Shown here piece by piece: positions 41,314 to 53,796 of a stretch of DNA of 64,000 bases (within the stretch, counting starts at the first letter, position 1; every line of letters begins with the position of its first letter). The stretch spans positions 96,001-160,000 of the forward strand of contig CAWBHS010000090.1 of the NCBI GenBank assembly GCA_963788655.1. Direction: 5' to 3'. The position numbers and the translations under genes are program-made. The stretch comes from an uncultured Verrucomicrobiae bacterium (GTDB lineage: Bacteria > Verrucomicrobiota > Verrucomicrobiia > Limisphaerales > JAFGQR01). The notes below the pieces were generated by a model. It saw only the letters and a list, made by a program, of their open reading frames with translations. It was not told the DNA's origin and did not search any database.

Positions 41314-42867
41314 ACACCGCGTTGCGGCTATCGCGCGGCGCGCTGTTCAAGCATGTCTGTTCTGTTCGGCAACCGCCGTCGCCGCCGCACAGGCAGCGCC
41401 GGAAATCACCGTCGGCTCAAAAGTGTTCACCGAATCGGTGATACTCGGCGAACTGCTCCGGCAAACCGCGCAGGCCGCCGGCGCCAATGCCGAGCACCGA
41501 CGCCAACTGGGCGGCACGCGAGTGTTGTGGAACGCATTGCTGCGCGGCGATATCGACGCCTATCCGGAATACACCGGCACGCTGCTGCAGGAAATCCTGC
41601 ACGACGACCATCTCGCCACACGCGCAGCGCTCGAACAGGCGCTGGCGCAAGCGGAACCTGCGGATGACGCAACCGCTCGGATTCAACAATACCTACGCCC
41701 TCGGCGTCACCGACGCTCTCGCCGGGAAGCTCGGCCTGCACACCATCTCGGATCTGCGCGACCATCCGCATCTGGCATTCGGCTTCAGCAACGAATTCAT
41801 GGATCGCAGCGACGGCTGGGTCGGGCTGCGCCGGCGCTACCGTCTGCCGCAGCACAGACGTGCGCGGCCTGGACCACGATCTGGCCTACCGCGGCCTGGC
41901 TGCAGGCATCACTGGACGTGATCGACCTGTACACCACCGACGCTGAGATTCCGTACTACCATCTGCGCGCGCTCGAGGACGACCGGCATTACTTTCCCGC
42001 CTACAACGCGGTGATGCTGTACCGCGCCGATCTGCAACAGCGCGCGCCGGAAGTCGTCGGCGATGTTCCGGCGCCTGCGCCGGCCAGCATCGACGTCGCG
42101 GACCATGCGCGAGATGAACGCGCAGGTGAAACTGCGAGCGGCAAAGCGAATCGGCGGTCGCCGCTGCGTTTCTGCACCGGACCATGGGCTGAACGTCGCA
42201 CCATCGGGCGCGACAGCTGTCTGGCAACGCATCTGGCAGCATACCACTATGCAACACCTGGTGCTGGTCGGCATTTCGCTGTCAGCGCGGCAATCGTGCG
42301 TGGCGATTCCCCTCGGCATATCTCGCCGCGCGGCGGCAACGACATCGGTCAGTTGGTGCTCGCAATTGCGGGATGTTGCAGACCATTCCGTCGCTGGCGT
42401 TGTTCGTGTTCATGATCCCGTTGCTGGGCATCGGCGGTCCGCCGGCGATCGTCGCGCTGTTTCTCTACAGTCTGTTGCCGATCATCCGCAACACCTATGC
42501 CGGACTGAAAGACATCCCGCGGGCTATCATCGAATCCGCACAGGCGCTGGGACTGCCGTCAGGCGCACGTCTGCGTATCGTTGAATTGCCGCTGGCGACC
42601 CGCGCCATCCTTGCCGGCATCAAGACTTCGGCCGTGATCAATGTCGGCACCGCGACCCTGGGCGCACTGATCGGCGCCGGCGGCTACGGCCAGCCGATCC
42701 TCACCGGTATACGCCTCGATGACATCGGCTTGATCCTGCAAGGGGCGGTGCCGGCGGCAGTGCTGGCGCTGTTGGTCCAGGGCGTGTTCGAACTAATCGA
42801 ACGCGGCCTGCTTCCGAAAAGTCTGCGCTTTCGAGCCTCTGAAAGCGCTGGATCCGGCAGCGCGTAA
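41310..42867 (+). pseudogene. Glycine-betaine/osmoprotectant ABC binding protein-permease fusion with multiple frameshifts
   Basis: Fragments in different frames: [47 protein letters not shown]...[25 protein letters not shown]. Confidence 0.85.
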
Positions 42868-43138
42868 GGTTCACTGTTGATACCGGTTTCACTGCTCGGT
42901 CATGTTGTCGATCTCCGGGTCCCGGGCCGACGCTTGCCCGATGCGCCCCGACGGCCGCACCCCTTTTAGAAGCGTACGCGGTCCTGCTCGACGGACCATG
43001 AAAAAGAAGCGGTGCGTTTGGTTTCTATACTGGCACTCGACGCGACCGGCGATGGACAGTGTTCGCAAGGTCGTATTTTGGCAATTACCATACTTGCGGT
43101 CTGCAACTAGGTGCCGCACCAGGGAACAGGAGGTACAC

Positions 43139-43648
43139 ATGAACAAGGAAATCACGTTCGCTCAAAACACTCCGCGTCGGAACGGCGCGATGGGGCGGCT
43201 GCATCGGGCCCGGCTACCGGCGCTAGCGGCAGTGGCCGCGATCGCGACAGCATGCGCGCCGGTGCGCGAACCTCCTCAAGAGGTGGCCACCACTTCGCCG
43301 ACGGTCAGTTACAACTACAACACCGACGATGGCCTGGTGGAGGCGAATACGAAGGCGCGCAGCTATTGCGCTCAGTATTCGGCCACGCCCGGCCTGCAGG
43401 GTCCGATTACGACGAATTCGGACGGCACCAAAACCGTGACCTTCGAATGCATGAAGACCGCCGCCGTGGTAGCGCCGCCCACTGCACCGCCGACAACCGG
43501 CTACACGTACCGTTCAGACCGCGAGTTCGTGCAATCGATACAGTCCGCCGACGCCTATTGCGCCCGATCCGGACAGACTGCGTCGACGCACATCGTCACC
43601 AACGGCGACGGCAGCAAAACGGTGACATTCCAGTGCGTGCCGCGGTAA
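43139..43648 (+). CDS. Lipoprotein with two internal ~50-aa repeats
   Basis: RBS AGGAGG; lipobox ATAC; duplicated Y.Y..D...A..YCA...I.TN.DG.KTVTF.C. Confidence 0.8.
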   Translation: MNKEITFAQNTPRRNGAMGRLHRARLPALAAVAAIATACAPVREPPQEVATTSPTVSYNYNTDDGLVEANTKARSYCAQYSATPGLQGPITTNSDGTKTVTFECMKTAAVVAPPTAPPTTGYTYRSDREFVQSIQSADAYCARSGQTASTHIVTNGDGSKTVTFQCVPR

Positions 43649-44005
43649 TCGGCGGCTTCGTCCGCAGTTGACGTGGCGAAACGAAAATCGTGCGGCCGCG
43701 GTTACTTCAGCCGCGGCCGCCGACGTTGCCATCGTTGCCCATCCCATCTCTGCGCGACCCGCCAAACCCTTGGCGACGGATCGAACTTCCGCCCGTTTAG
43801 CGCCCTGCAAGCGCCAGATCCATCGACCCGGATAAACCAACCGCTGACCGGGTGCCACTCCATCCCAAAACCCATTCCAGACTTTTTGGAGATTTCTTAA
43901 CAACCTTAAGGTGTGCCGCTGACGGCGCTGCTACCATGCAAGGCGTGAGCGATTCTGCATCGCGAACCTGAAGTCCCAACAACATTGCAATATGGAGGAG
44001 TCACC

Positions 44006-44638
44006 GTGGGTACCAAAATAAATAAAGCTATCCTGTTGTTATGCGGAGCATTCCTGTTCAGTGTCTTCGGATCGGCGGCGCTCGCCGGCGACCATGAACG
44101 GGGTGGCAACAACGCATGCCCGGTAGGCCTGGTTGCAGGGCTTACCCTGGATGAGGAGTTCGGCCCGGGTGCAAGCGACCTGACCCACTGCATCAAACGG
44201 CGTCACCACGTGCGGGTGGTGGTTGAAATCAATCGCGCCTGCCGCAGCGCCACGGCGGACATGGACGCCGACGGCAATTGCGCTGGCGGCCCCGCTGCAC
44301 TTGGCAACATGGTGAACATGATCAAGGATTACGAAATCACCTATGGCATGAAACAAGGACGCGATTACGAGATGGTTGCAGTGGTACACGGTTCAGGCGG
44401 GCGGCTGCTGCTGAACAACTTCAAGCCCAACGGTTACGTCAGCCAGGTCCAAAGCCTGATGAGCCAGGGCGTCAAGTTTTATTTCTGCCAGAACACCGTG
44501 CGCGGATTCATGCACGGCGGCCTGATCGGTGCGGGTGATGCCGTGAACGAAGTCATTCCCGGCGTCCAGTTCGTCACCGCCGGCTTCACAGCGCTGTCGG
44601 ACTTCCAAGCCCAGGGCTGGACCCAAGTCACACCCTGA
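44006..44638 (+). CDS. Exported DsrE-fold protein
   Basis: RBS GGAGGAG and GTG start; signal peptide ending ALA; VAVVHGSG, GVKFYFCQNT, AG..AL.DFQ.QGW. Confidence 0.82.
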   Translation: MGTKINKAILLLCGAFLFSVFGSAALAGDHERGGNNACPVGLVAGLTLDEEFGPGASDLTHCIKRRHHVRVVVEINRACRSATADMDADGNCAGGPAALGNMVNMIKDYEITYGMKQGRDYEMVAVVHGSGGRLLLNNFKPNGYVSQVQSLMSQGVKFYFCQNTVRGFMHGGLIGAGDAVNEVIPGVQFVTAGFTALSDFQAQGWTQVTP

Positions 44639-44654
44639 CGGCTCTTAGACCGTA

Positions 44655-44684
44655 CTGAACCGCCCGCGGCGTCGGGCGGTTCAG
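44655..44684 (+). terminator. Hairpin after the DsrE-like gene
   Basis: CTGAACCGCCC-N8-GGGCGGTTCAG inverted repeat; weak U tract. Confidence 0.55.
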
Positions 44685-44820
44685 CTAACCTTCCGCGACG
44701 TACGTTTCATCCGCACCGATCTCGAGCGACACTGAGGATATGGACTAAGTTGGGTGGAACAGTTGCTGCCCTTCCTCTACCCGCGTAGCATTGATCCTCA
44801 CATACGGCCAGGGTTTGGCC

Positions 44821-47800
44821 ATGCCAACCACCGACAAATCGGTTCCAGAACACATGCTTGTCGGTATCGGAGCATCAGCGGGCGGACTCGAAGCCCTGAA
44901 AGAGCTGTTCTCCCACACCCCGCCCGACTGCGGATTGAGCTTCGTGGTCGTCGTTCATCTGGCGCCCGACCATCCGAGCATGCTGGCGGACGTGCTGCAG
45001 CCGTTCTCGACCATGCCGGTCACCCAGATCAGCGAAGACGTGGCGATTGAACCGGATCATGTCTACGTCATTCCGCCAGGGAGCAATATCTCCACCATCG
45101 ATAGTCACCTGCGACTTTCCAAGATCGAAGCGCAGCGCCGCGAACGCGCGCCGGTGGATCACTTTTTCGAGACGCTGGCCCGTAGTCACGGCGAACGCGC
45201 GGTCGGCATCGTGCTGTCCGGAACCGGCTCGGACGGCAGCTACGGAATCAAGAGAATAAAGGAGCAGGCCGGGTTGACGATCGCGCAGGATCCCGATCAA
45301 GCGCTGTTCGACGGCATGCCCCGGCACGCGATCGCCACGCGTACTGGTGGACTTCGTTCTACCGGTGGCCGAAATGCCGGCGCGAATCGAACGCTTCGGC
45401 GGAACGCAGCCGCGCATCGAGATTGACCGCGCCACAGAGCGAAACGCCTAGCGACCTACAGATCCTGCAACACATCTTCGGAGAAATCCGGCAGCACACG
45501 GGCCACGATTTTTCCAAATACAAACGGCCACGGTACTCAGACGCATCCGCCGGCGGATGCAGTTGCACCAGAATGAAATCCTCGGAGACTATCTCTCGTT
45601 TCTGCGAGCGTATCCGAACGAGGTGCATCTGCTTGCCGACGAATTCTTGATTACCGTCACGCAATTCTTTCGCGACTCGGATACCTTCGCCTATCTGCAA
45701 CGGGAGTTGCTACCCAAACTTTTTGTGCAAAAAACCGCCGCAGACAGGATCCGGGTGTGGTCGGTAGGTTGTGCGACGGGCGAGGAAGCCTACAGCATGG
45801 CGATTCTGTTGCTCGAACTGGCGGCTGGAAACGCGGACGCACCGCGAATCGAGATTTTCGCGAGCGACCTCCACGAACGCTCCCTCGAACGGGCGCGCGC
45901 CGGTCTCTATCCGGATACAATTGAAGCGGTCGTTTCGCCCGAGCGTCTCCAGAATTTCTTCACCAAAGAAGACAGCAGCTACCGGGTAAGCAAAGAAGTG
46001 CGGGAAGTCGTAGTATTCGCAGCGCACAACCTGCTGCGCGATCCGCCGTTTTCGCGCATCGACATCATCGTTTGCCGAAACGTGTTGATCTACTTACAGC
46101 GCTCGGTCCAGAGCGAGGTAATCGACTTGTTCCATTATGCGCTCAACCCCGATGGCGTCCTGATGCTGGGTCCGTCGGAGACGGTCGAACGCTCCATGCT
46201 GTTTCAGCCCGAAGACAAAAGCCATCGCATTTTCCGGCGGCGCAATGTACCACCGCCCGAACCACGTATGCCGGTATTTCCGCAGCTTTCAAGCCGTGTG
46301 CCCCAAATTGCAGGTTTTCCTGCGCGCAGCGAACCAGGCACCAGCTACGGCGCGCTGCACCAAAAGATGGTCGAGCGCTATTCGTTGCCGAGCATATTGG
46401 TGGACCAGGATTCCAGGATCGTACACGCCTCGGAGAGCGCCGGGCGTTACCTGCGGATCTCCGGCGGCGAACCTTCGCCCAACGTGTTCAAGCTCGTGCG
46501 CGAAGAGCTGCGCATCGAATTGCGGGCGGCGCTGCACGCCGCGATCGAACACGGCGAGGACGTCCGCACACCGCCCATGCCCCTTGAAATCGAAGGTAAG
46601 CCGGTGCACGTGGCTATCTTCGTGCGCGCGGCCCGAGGTCAGGATGTCGACGGGTTCACCCTGGTGATTTTCGATGAATTCGCAGCGCCCGAGGCACGCC
46701 CGCCCCGGGATTCGACCACAGCGCAGGATCGCGCGGAGCTCGATCAGACCAAGGACCGGCTACGCAGCGTAATCGAGCAGTACGAAACCTCGCAGGAGGA
46801 AATGAAGGTCGCCAACGAGGAGCTGCAATCGGTAAACGAAGAGCTGCGCTCGACCATGGAGGAACTGGAGACCAGCAAGGAAGAGCTGCAATCCATGAAC
46901 GAGGAACTGCAGACCGTCAACCAGGAAAACCGGCACAAGGTCGAAGAACTGAGCCAGCTCTCCAGCGATCTGCACAATTTGATTGTATCCACCGAGATCG
47001 CCACGTTGTTTCTCGACCGCCAGCTGCGCATTTTGCGCGTCACACCGCAAGCAAAAAAACTGTTCAACGTGCGTGCCACCGACCGGGGCCGGCCACTTAC
47101 CGACCTGCACCACCGGCTGCACTATAGCCAGTTCAAACAAGACGCCGAAACCGTCCTTGAGCAGCTCACGCCCGTCGAACGGGAGGTACGAAGCGACTCG
47201 GGTGAATGGTATCTCACCCGCGTTCTCCCCTATCGCTCCGCCGCCGACCAGATCCAAGGCGTGGTCATCACACTGGTCGAAATCACCAAGCTCAAGCGCA
47301 CCGAGTTGGCGCTGCGCGATTCCGAGGAGAGCTTCCGCGCCCTGGTGACGGCTTCGGCGCAGATCGTCTGGTCCACCGACGCCCAAGGCCTTGTTGTGGA
47401 AGATTCGCCGTCGTGGCGCGCATACACTGGCCAGAACTACGGACAATGGCAAGGCACCGGGTGGCTCGATGCCGTGCATCCGGAGGACCGCGACCACGTT
47501 CGCGCCCAGTGGCTTGAGGACGTCAAAAACGCTTCCTCGTTTCGAGCCGAATTCCGGGTCCAACATATCAGCGGCGAATGGCGTTGGGTGAGCGCCCGCG
47601 CGGTACCGTTACGTGACAGCCGCGAACAGATCCGCGGCTGGATTGGCATGAATTCCGACATTACGACTCGCAAAGCCGCCGAACTGAAGCTCCGGCAAAT
47701 GGACCAGCGCAAGGACGAGTTTTTGGCTTTGCTCGGTCATGAACTGCGCAATCCGCTCGCCCCGCTGCGCACCGCCGTGGAACTGTTCAAACAACTGTTG

Positions 47801-48823
47801 CCCCAGGAACCGAAACTGCAACAGATTCGGGAAATGTGCGAGCGCCAAGTGTCGCATCTCACACGCCTGGTGGACGACTTGCTGGATGTATCGCGGATCA
47901 AATCGGGGCGTATCGAATTGAAGTTCGAACGTCTCGACTTGCGCGATATCGCGCGCAATGCCATCTCCGAAGTGGAGGCGGTCATCGGTCGGCAACACCA
48001 TCACTTGAGCGTGGACCATCCTGAAGATGCGCTTGTGGTCGAAGCCGACGAGACGCGCTTGACCCAGATCATCACCAACTTGCTCGACAATGCCGCCAAG
48101 TACACGCCGGCAGGCGGTCACATCGGCTTGACCACGTTCCGCGATGGCCCCGATGCCGTGCTGGTGGTCACCGACGACGGCATCGGTATAGCGAGCGAAG
48201 CCCGCGCCCATGTGTTCGAGATCTTCAGCCGCGGCGATCCCGACCCGACGGTCCCGGTGGGCGGATTGGGATTAGGCCTGACTTTGGTACAGCGCCTGAC
48301 GGCTTCGCACGGCGGTAGCGTCGAAATGGCGAGCGACGGCGCCGGGTGCGGCAGCAAGTTCACCGTCCGGCTGCCCCTGGCGGAGACGGCGGCTGCGGCG
48401 CGCGGTCACGAACACCGGCACAAAGCTCAGGCATGGTCGATGGCCGCGCAACGGCGCATTCTGGTGGTGGACGACAACCACGACGCCGCCGACAGTCTCT
48501 CGCTGGCGCTCGGCTTGGCCGGCCACGAGGTGCGCAGCGCGTACGATGGGCGCAGCGCGCTTGCGCTGAGCGAAGATTTCCATCCCGATGTCATCGTCCT
48601 CGACATCGGCCTGCCGGATATGAGTGGGCATGCTTTGGCCCAGTCGCTTCGCCGGCAGACGGCAAGCGCCGACGCCATACTGGTCGCGCTGACCGGATAC
48701 GGCCAGGGCGCCGATCACGATCGTTCCAAGCAGGCTGGGATCGATCACCATCTGGTCAAACCCGTCGATCTGGCGGCGCTGCAGGCCATCATCGACACCG
48801 CCCCGGCAGGTCCACCGAACTAG
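44821..48823 (+). pseudogene. CheB-CheR-PAS hybrid histidine kinase with receiver domain, frameshifted near 45345 and 45530
   Basis: CheB (GIGASAGG, LSGTGSDG), CheR (GHDFSKYK, WSVGCATGEEAYS, CRNVLIY), EELQS.NEEL coil, PAS domains, HELRNPL, HATPase, REC (LDIGLP). Confidence 0.9.
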
Positions 48824-49173
48824 CCGCCCCCATTCAAGCGCAGCAATGACACCTCAAGCTCCCGTCATGCCGCGAGGGCAAAGCGCGCTCCCGGCTTAGC
48901 CCTGCCGGCCATACCCGATGTCGACGCAGGCCGTTGAAGCGAGAGCCAATTTTCGTCGATCCCCGGGTTGGCGAGGGCCTCACTGGCGCCGCTTTTGCGT
49001 TGCTGCGGGAAGCGACTGCGGGCGGCCGCCGAGGGACGCCAAACCTCGACGCCACCACGAGCCGCGCAGCCACTGGCCGGTTTCAATCCGCTGTCCGCTA
49101 TGTTCCAATACCGCCTCTTCGCGCGACCCCGCCCTCGGTCGATCCCTATTACGCAATTTCTCGGTATGTATTC

Positions 49174-50787
49174 GTGATTACCACAGCTAATCTCACCATG
49201 CAGTTCGGCCCAAAGCCGCTGTTCGAAAACGTCTCGGTCAAATTCCGCGAAGGCATGCGCTACGGCCTGATCGGCGCCAACGGCTGCGGCAAGTCCACTT
49301 TCATGAAGATTCTGGGCGGCGAACTGGAGCCCAGCGCCGGGTCGGTATCCTTCGAGGACGGCAAGCGCGTCGGTAAGCTGCGCCAGGATCAATTTGCGTT
49401 CGAAGACAGCACAGTAATCGACACCGTCATTTTCGGTCATGAAGAACTGTGGCAGATCAAACAGGAGCGGGATCGCATCTACGGCCTGGCGGAGATGAGC
49501 GAGGAAGACGGCATGAAGGTGGCCGAACTCGAAGCGCGTTTCGCCGAACTGGGAGGTTATACCGCCGAGGCGCGCGCCGGCGAATTGCTGCTGGGCCTGG
49601 AAATCCCCATCGAACAGCACAACGGCCCCATGAGTGCCGTCGCGCCCGGCTGGAAACTGCGTGTCCTGCTGGCGCAAGCGCTATTCGCCGATCCCGACAT
49701 CATGCTGCTGGACGAGCCCACCAACAACCTCGACATCAATACCATCCGTTGGCTCGAGGGCGTGCTCACCGGGCGCAACAGCACCATGATCATCATTTCC
49801 CATGACCGCCACTTCTTGAACAGCGTCTGCACGCATATGGCCGACCTCGACTACGGCGAGCTGCGCCTGTACACCGGCAATTACGACGAGTACATGACCG
49901 CTGCCACCCAGGCCCGGGAGCGCATGTATGCCGACAACGCCAAGAAGAAAGCCCAGATAGCGGACCTGCAGGCTTTCGTCAGCCGCTTTTCGGCCAACGC
50001 ATCCAAGGCTCGGCAAGCCACGTCCCGTGCACGGCAGATCGAAAAGATCGAACTGGAGGAAATCAAACCCTCCAGCCGCGTCAGCCCGTTCATCCGCTTC
50101 GAGCAAAACCAGAAACTGTATCGCAATGCGCTCGAAGTCAGTGGGCTGCGCAAGGGTTACGGCGACACGCCGCTGTTCCAGAAGCTGGATCTCGCGGTGG
50201 AAGTGGGCGAACGCATTGCCATCATCGGACCCAACGGCATCGGCAAGAGCACGCTGCTGCGCACACTGGTCGGCGACTTGGACGCCGATGCGGGCATGGT
50301 TAAGTGGTCGGAGAACACTACCCTCGGTTATTACGCTCAGGACCATGCCGACGAATTCGCCGACGACATAACGGTATTCGATTGGATGGACCAATGGGGA
50401 CAAAAAGGCGATGACGAACAGGCCATTCGCGCCGTACTGGGGCGGCTGTTGTTCTCCAAGGACGACTTGAACAAGAAAGTGAAAGTGCTCTCGGGCGGCG
50501 AGCAGGGCCGGATGCTGTTCGGAAAACTGATCCTGCAGCGCCCCAATGTCATGTGTCTGGACGAGCCCACCAACCACCTGGACATGGAGTCGATCGAGTC
50601 CCTGAACCTGGCGTTGGACAACTACCCGGGCACGCTGCTGTTCGTCAGCCACGACCGCGAGTTCGTGTCATCCCTGGCTACCCGCATCATCGAGCTCACG
50701 CCCGAAGGTATCGTCGACTTCAGCGGCAGCTACGAGGACTACCTGCGCGGCCAGGGCGTCAACCCGCTGCGCGCCGCGCAGCAATGA
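49174..50787 (+). CDS. ybiT: ABC-F family ATPase
   Basis: GTG start, [21 protein letters not shown]; two ABC cassettes; [29 protein letters not shown]. Confidence 0.93.
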   Translation: MITTANLTMQFGPKPLFENVSVKFREGMRYGLIGANGCGKSTFMKILGGELEPSAGSVSFEDGKRVGKLRQDQFAFEDSTVIDTVIFGHEELWQIKQERDRIYGLAEMSEEDGMKVAELEARFAELGGYTAEARAGELLLGLEIPIEQHNGPMSAVAPGWKLRVLLAQALFADPDIMLLDEPTNNLDINTIRWLEGVLTGRNSTMIIISHDRHFLNSVCTHMADLDYGELRLYTGNYDEYMTAATQARERMYADNAKKKAQIADLQAFVSRFSANASKARQATSRARQIEKIELEEIKPSSRVSPFIRFEQNQKLYRNALEVSGLRKGYGDTPLFQKLDLAVEVGERIAIIGPNGIGKSTLLRTLVGDLDADAGMVKWSENTTLGYYAQDHADEFADDITVFDWMDQWGQKGDDEQAIRAVLGRLLFSKDDLNKKVKVLSGGEQGRMLFGKLILQRPNVMCLDEPTNHLDMESIESLNLALDNYPGTLLFVSHDREFVSSLATRIIELTPEGIVDFSGSYEDYLRGQGVNPLRAAQQ

Positions 50788-50910
50788 TGCGGCAATGCGC
50801 GACCCGGCGGGCAGATAGCCGGCCTTGTCCAACGCTTCGTAATCACCGTTTCCGCAAGGGCTAGGGCGGGCTGTGCCCGCCGTATGACCGCACCGACACG
50901 CGCTTCCCCC

Positions 50911-51588
50911 TCACCCACCTCGCCGCGCAAACCAAATCACATGCCGCGCGCCTTTCGAGCCATGGGCATGCACCCGCAGCTCGTCCACCTCGAACCCCAC
51001 TTTGCGCAACCGCTCGCTAAAATCCCGATCAGGCCCCGCAGACCACACCGCCAACACGCCATGCGGCCGCAAGGCCGCGTAGGCCGCATTGAGCCCATCC
51101 ACACCATACAGCCAGTTGTTTGCCTTGCGCGTCAGTCCTTCGGGCCCGTTGTCGACGTCCAACAAGATTCCGTCGTAGGCCCGCGCCTCGGCCCGTAAGA
51201 TCTTACCGACGTCGCCGACCCGAACCGTCACCCGCGGATCGGCGAGCGGCAGTCCTGCATGCGCCCCCAACGCGCCCCGATTCCAATCCACCACCGCAGG
51301 CACCAACTCCGCCACCACCGCCTGCGCGTCGCTACCCAGATGCCGCAACGACGCGGCCAAGGTGAACCCCATCCCCAACCCGCCGATGAGTATGCGCGGC
51401 GTGCCGCCATTCACCAACCGGGCACAGGTCTGGTCCGCCAACGCATCTTCGGAACCGTGCGTACGGCTGTTCATCAATTCGCCACGACCGGCAAGCCGGA
51501 TCGAAAAATCATCGCCGCGTTGGTAAAGGCGCAGTTCACCGCCGTTGCCGGGGATCTGAGCGGCGTCCAAAAGGGTCCAGGGAGTCAT
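50911..51588 (-). CDS. Spermidine-synthase-like SAM-dependent methyltransferase
   Basis: ELMNSRTHGSE, LIGGLGMGFT, LLDVDNGP. Confidence 0.88.
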   Translation of the reverse strand: MTPWTLLDAAQIPGNGGELRLYQRGDDFSIRLAGRGELMNSRTHGSEDALADQTCARLVNGGTPRILIGGLGMGFTLAASLRHLGSDAQAVVAELVPAVVDWNRGALGAHAGLPLADPRVTVRVGDVGKILRAEARAYDGILLDVDNGPEGLTRKANNWLYGVDGLNAAYAALRPHGVLAVWSAGPDRDFSERLRKVGFEVDELRVHAHGSKGARHVIWFARRGG

Positions 51589-51855
51589 CGGTGCAATATC
51601 GAGGTGGTTCGCTCGCGGCGACGGAGAGAGAAAAAAAGAATACAGAGACAGTACCAGTAAATCCGTTGCTTGCAATACTAACGATCGCGCTGCGGAGAAA
51701 TACGTAGCAGTGTCCAGCGATCATGGTTCTCAGCGCCCGCGCGCCATCTCACCCGACAAGCGGTGCGCACGCCGCGGACGGTACCACCGAAAGCATACGA
51801 ATCAGCGCGTCCGGCACCCGCCGCGTACCACGCGGCGGTACCGTACGCCTCGTCC

Positions 51856-52281
51856 TTACAGTTCGGTGCCGTTCACCCACAGGTCGTGGACATTGCACAT
51901 GGTCAGCACATACACCATGCCCTTGTGTCCGCTGAGATCGAAAGTGGTCTCCGGCTTATCGGTTTTGGGATCGTAGTTGTGTTCGGTGATGAACCCGAAA
52001 TTCGCGTCCAGCGCCTGATGCTTGATGATGTAGTGTTCATACGGATTCATCGGATGGTGGGTCACCACATGCAGGCTGCTGCCTTGCTTGTCGAAATCCG
52101 GCAGGTGATGCTCCGACACGCCCTTGTTCCAGCGGCCGAACGCCTCCGAGGTGTGATACACGCCCCCGGCCAGCTTGGTTTTCAGTGCCGGCTCCACCAT
52201 GCCGGCCATCAATTCCTTGGGCACGAACAGCGCACCCGCACTGCCGGCGACACTGATGCGAATAAACTCTCTTCTTTTCAT
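51856..52281 (-). CDS. Tat-exported 1Fe superoxide reductase (neelaredoxin-like)
   Basis: RBS AGGAGGAG; KRREFI twin-arginine motif; EHHLP, HPM....HYI, CNVHDLW (His4Cys iron site). Confidence 0.85.
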   Translation of the reverse strand: MKRREFIRISVAGSAGALFVPKELMAGMVEPALKTKLAGGVYHTSEAFGRWNKGVSEHHLPDFDKQGSSLHVVTHHPMNPYEHYIIKHQALDANFGFITEHNYDPKTDKPETTFDLSGHKGMVYVLTMCNVHDLWVNGTEL

Positions 52282-53101
52282 TGGCTCCTCCTGATGTGAA
52301 ACGTGCTGCAGCCACGGCTTATGCAGGAACGGCAAACACCCGCGCTGCGGCAGTGGGTTCCGCCGGATCGGACCGTAGGTGCAACCGCGCAAAACACCGG
52401 CGGGATTCGTACTCCTACGAGGGAACCGAATGCGGCGCATACCAACGGCACCTACGAATGGTAGCTGCTGCCGGGGAAAACGAAAGGATGCGTACGCCGA
52501 ATATGCACGGTTCGCCGATCCCGGCTAAGCGTTGATTAAGTCTCGTGGTCTTCGTCTTCAGTCCGGGCCGCGGCATCGAGCGACTCGATCGAAGAGGAAC
52601 TTTCCACATCAGCACAAAGGTTGGTTGCCGGTACACGGGAATCTGGTCAGCCGACCGAGGCGAACACGAAATGCGCATCGAATACCGCAAGGGCTACAGC
52701 GTGTGACTGACACAGTTGATCTACGGCCTGCATACACGAAACGTTCTTCTTCAGGCTATTTGCGGTAACCGCCGTGTTCGTTCTCACTCTCGGTGTGCCC
52801 GCACCCTGTTTCGACCACGCCTGTTTTCATTACTTCTATGCCAATAGCATTGCTGGTGCGTTTGTTTTGATCGTCGCTGCTTTAATCAGCTTCCCGGATT
52901 TACTCAACGACTTGACCGTGGTCGCGAAAATCGCTGTGCGACATCGGTCTTGAAAGGTGTGAACGTCGACGCTCGGTGCTGCGGGAAAATTTCATCGAGT
53001 AACCGCACCTGTTCAACTGCCAACGGCACCCCGCCAACCCTATTGTTCTACAATCGCGTTACTATGGCGTTTCACTCGTCGCACGAACTCAGGGAGCGAT
53101 T

Positions 53102-53671
53102 ATGAGAAAATACGTTTTGCTTGCCTTAGCGCTCCTATTCACCATGGCTACTGCGAATGCAGCTGAAGTTGCCGGTATAGACGTGCCGGAACAATTCACT
53201 ACCGCAAGCGGAAACACGTTGCAGCTGAACGGCGCGGGCGTGCGCCGCAAGTTCTTCTTCAAAGTATACGTAGGTGCATTGTACCTACCGACTCCGACAC
53301 ACAGCGTCGCAACGATCTTGCTGCAAGACGGCCCGATCGTCATGCAACTGCACATACTGCACAGCGAAGTCCCACAGGAGAACCTGGTAAAAGCCTGGAC
53401 GGAAGGTTTCGAAGACAACTTGAACGGCCGCGAACGCTCAGCACTCGCCGCACGCGTTCACAAATTCAATAGCTTGTTCAGAACTGTGCGTAAAGGCGAG
53501 ACCATAACCCTGGACTATCAGCCAGGCAGCGGCACGACCGTGCGCATCAACGACGAAACACGCGGCGTAATCGAAGGCAAAGACTTCGCGCGCGGCTGGT
53601 TGAAAATCTGGCTCGGCCAAGATCCGGCGGACGAGGACTTGAAGCAAGGTTTGGTGGGCGGCCCCAACTGA
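53102..53671 (+). CDS. Chalcone-isomerase-like exported protein
   Basis: Signal peptide; LQLNGAGVRRKFFFKVYVGALYL; IWLG.DP.D..LK..L.G. Confidence 0.9.
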   Translation: MRKYVLLALALLFTMATANAAEVAGIDVPEQFTTASGNTLQLNGAGVRRKFFFKVYVGALYLPTPTHSVATILLQDGPIVMQLHILHSEVPQENLVKAWTEGFEDNLNGRERSALAARVHKFNSLFRTVRKGETITLDYQPGSGTTVRINDETRGVIEGKDFARGWLKIWLGQDPADEDLKQGLVGGPN

Positions 53672-53796
53672 TTGGGCATCGCAACAACCTCGATCACCTG
53701 AAGGGAACCACGAAGAAATCCAAAGCCAAGGCGGCGCTATTGGACATTCGCGCCCGACTCCCCGTCTGCTAACCGCGCCCTACCGGTCGGGTTGGC

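Noticed and set aside
46780..46930. Repetitive GAGGAACTG-type DNA
   Set aside because: Encodes the normal EELQSxNEEL coiled coil of CheB/CheR fusion proteins.
44821..48823. CheB-CheR-kinase fusion as a novel system
   Set aside because: Widespread, known architecture; only the frameshifts are notable.
50861..50881. CTAGGGCGGGCTGTGCCCGCC as a second REP family
   Set aside because: Single copy lacking the exact GTAG; equally explained as a hairpin between convergent genes.
52537..52733. Minus-strand frame with an internal TGA as a selenoprotein
   Set aside because: No RBS, no redox motif around the TGA and no recognisable family.
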